A DNA stretch of 63,037 nt, the filler included, from Octopus bimaculoides (lineage: Eukaryota), in NCBI RefSeq assembly GCF_001194135.2. It is 4 parts of 4 records of this genome, joined end to end, with 100 filler letters (N's around TTAATTAATTAA, not from the genome) between each part and the next. Parts side by side here need not be neighbours in the genome. Positions count along the whole stretch, not along the records: positions 61,097 to 63,037 come from NW_026440174.1; 3 more parts are not named here. One strand, written 5' to 3'. This document shows positions 61,629 to 63,037 of this stretch, piece after piece; within the stretch, counting starts at the first letter, position 1; each line of letters opens with the position of its first letter. The translations under genes and the position numbers were made by a program. Under the pieces are notes generated by a model. The model was given only the letters and a program-made list of their open reading frames with translations, had not been told where the DNA came from and searched no databases.

Positions 61629-62550
61629 NNNNNNNNNNNNNNNNNNNNNNNNNNNNNNNNNNNNNNNNNNNNNNNNNNNNNNNNNNNNNNNNNNNNNNNN
61701 NNNNNNNNNNNNNNNNNNNNNNNNNNNNNNNNNNNNNNNNNNNNNNNNNNNNNNNNNNNNNNNNNNNNNNNNNNNNNNNNNNNNNNNNNNNNNNNNNNNN
61801 NNNNNNNNNNNNNNNNNNNNNNNNNNNNNNNNNNNNNNNNNNNNNNNNNNNNNNNNNNNNNNNNNNNNNNNNNNNNNNNNNNNNNNNNNNNNNNNNNNNN
61901 NNNNNNNNNNNNNNNNNNNNNNNNNNNNNNNNNNNNNNNNNNNNNNNNNNNNNNNNNNNNNNNNNNNNNNNNNNNNNNNNNNNNNNNNNNNNNNNNNNNN
62001 NNNNNNNNNNNNNNNNNNNNNNNNNNNNNNNNNNNNNNNNNNNNNNNNNNNNNNNNNNNNNNNNNNNNNNNNNNNNNNNNNNNNNNNNNNNNNNNNNNNN
62101 NNNNNNNNNNNNNNNNNNNNNNNNNNNNNNNNNNNNNNNNNNNNNNNNNNNNNNNNNNNNNNNNNNNNNNNNNNNNNNNNNNNNNNNNNNNNNNNNNNNN
62201 NNNNNNNNNNNNNNNNNNNNNNNNNNNNNNNNNNNNNNNNNNNNNNNNNNNNNNNNNNNNNNNNNNNNNNNNNNNNNNNNNNNNNNNNNNNNNNNNNNNN
62301 NNNNNNNNNNNNNNNNNNNNNNNNNNNNNNNNNNNNNNNNNNNNNNNNNNNNNNNNNNNNNNNNNNNNNNNNNNNNNNNNNNNNNNNNNNNNNNNNNNNN
62401 NNNNNNNNNNNNNNNNNNNNNNNNNNNNNNNNNNNNNNNNNNNNNNNNNNNNNNNNNNNNNNNNNNNNNNNNNNNNNNNNNNNNNNNNNNNNNNNNNNNN
62501 NNNNNNNNNNNNNNNNNNNNNNNNNNNNNNNNNNNNNNNNNNNNNNNNNN

Positions 62551-63037
62551 GGAGAAAATGAAGGAAAGTGTAGAGAGAAATTAAAAGAAAAGATGAGATA
62601 GAAGGAAAAAGAGCAAAATAAAAAAAGAGAAAGAATCAAGAAGAGAGAGAGTGGGGGGGGAGAAAGCGAGAGAGAGAGGGAGAGAGAGAGAGAGGGAGAG
62701 AGAGAGAGAGAAAGAGACAGAGAGAGAGAGAGAGAAAGAGAGAGAAAGAAAGAGAGAGAGAGAGACAGAGAGAGAGACAGAGACAGAGAGAGACAGAGAG
62801 AGAAAGAGAGAGAGAGGGAGAAAAGAAAGAGAGAGAGAGAGACAGAGAAAGAGAGAGACAGAGAAAGAGAGAGACAGAGACAGAGAGAGACAGAGAGAGA
62901 GAAAGAGAGAGAAAAGAAAGAGAGAGAGAGAGAGAAAAGAAAGAGAGAGAGAGAGAGAAAAGAAAGAGAGAGAGAGAGACAGAGAGGGAGACAGAGAAAG
63001 AGAGAGACAGAGAAAGAGAGAGACAGAGAAAGAGAGA
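62551..63037. repeat. Long polypurine (GA/GACA/GAAA)n tract
   Basis: Direct reading. Confidence 0.95.

Overview
AT-rich, gap-riddled eukaryotic genomic DNA. The recurrent SINE families and microsatellite load suggest a coleoid cephalopod, most likely Octopus; this is inferred from remembered repeat consensus sequences, not from a search. No intact cellular gene can be supported, and almost all ORFs in the track are microsatellite or N-gap artefacts. The window is dominated by transposable elements: (1) at least four tRNA-headed SINE families; (2) RTE-clade LINE fragments, one apparently young with an open ORF2 C-terminus and an 8-bp TSD; (3) an L1/Tx1 RT remnant; (4) a Penelope-like RT remnant; (5) three mariner remnants and one maT (DD37D-type) remnant; (6) a hAT-Tip100 remnant; (7) several MITE/foldback elements. 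The most interesting signal is a tRNA-headed, SINE-like element carrying a minimal hammerhead-ribozyme fold (54067-54325, minus). It lies about 300 bp from a same-strand Penelope-like RT, and a second hammerhead-type motif occurs at 35301. Also notable are a perfect 19-bp hairpin covering a candidate 5' splice site (45387-45427), scattered candidate micro-exons on the + strand, and three artificial 44N-TTAATTAATTAA-44N scaffold linkers.
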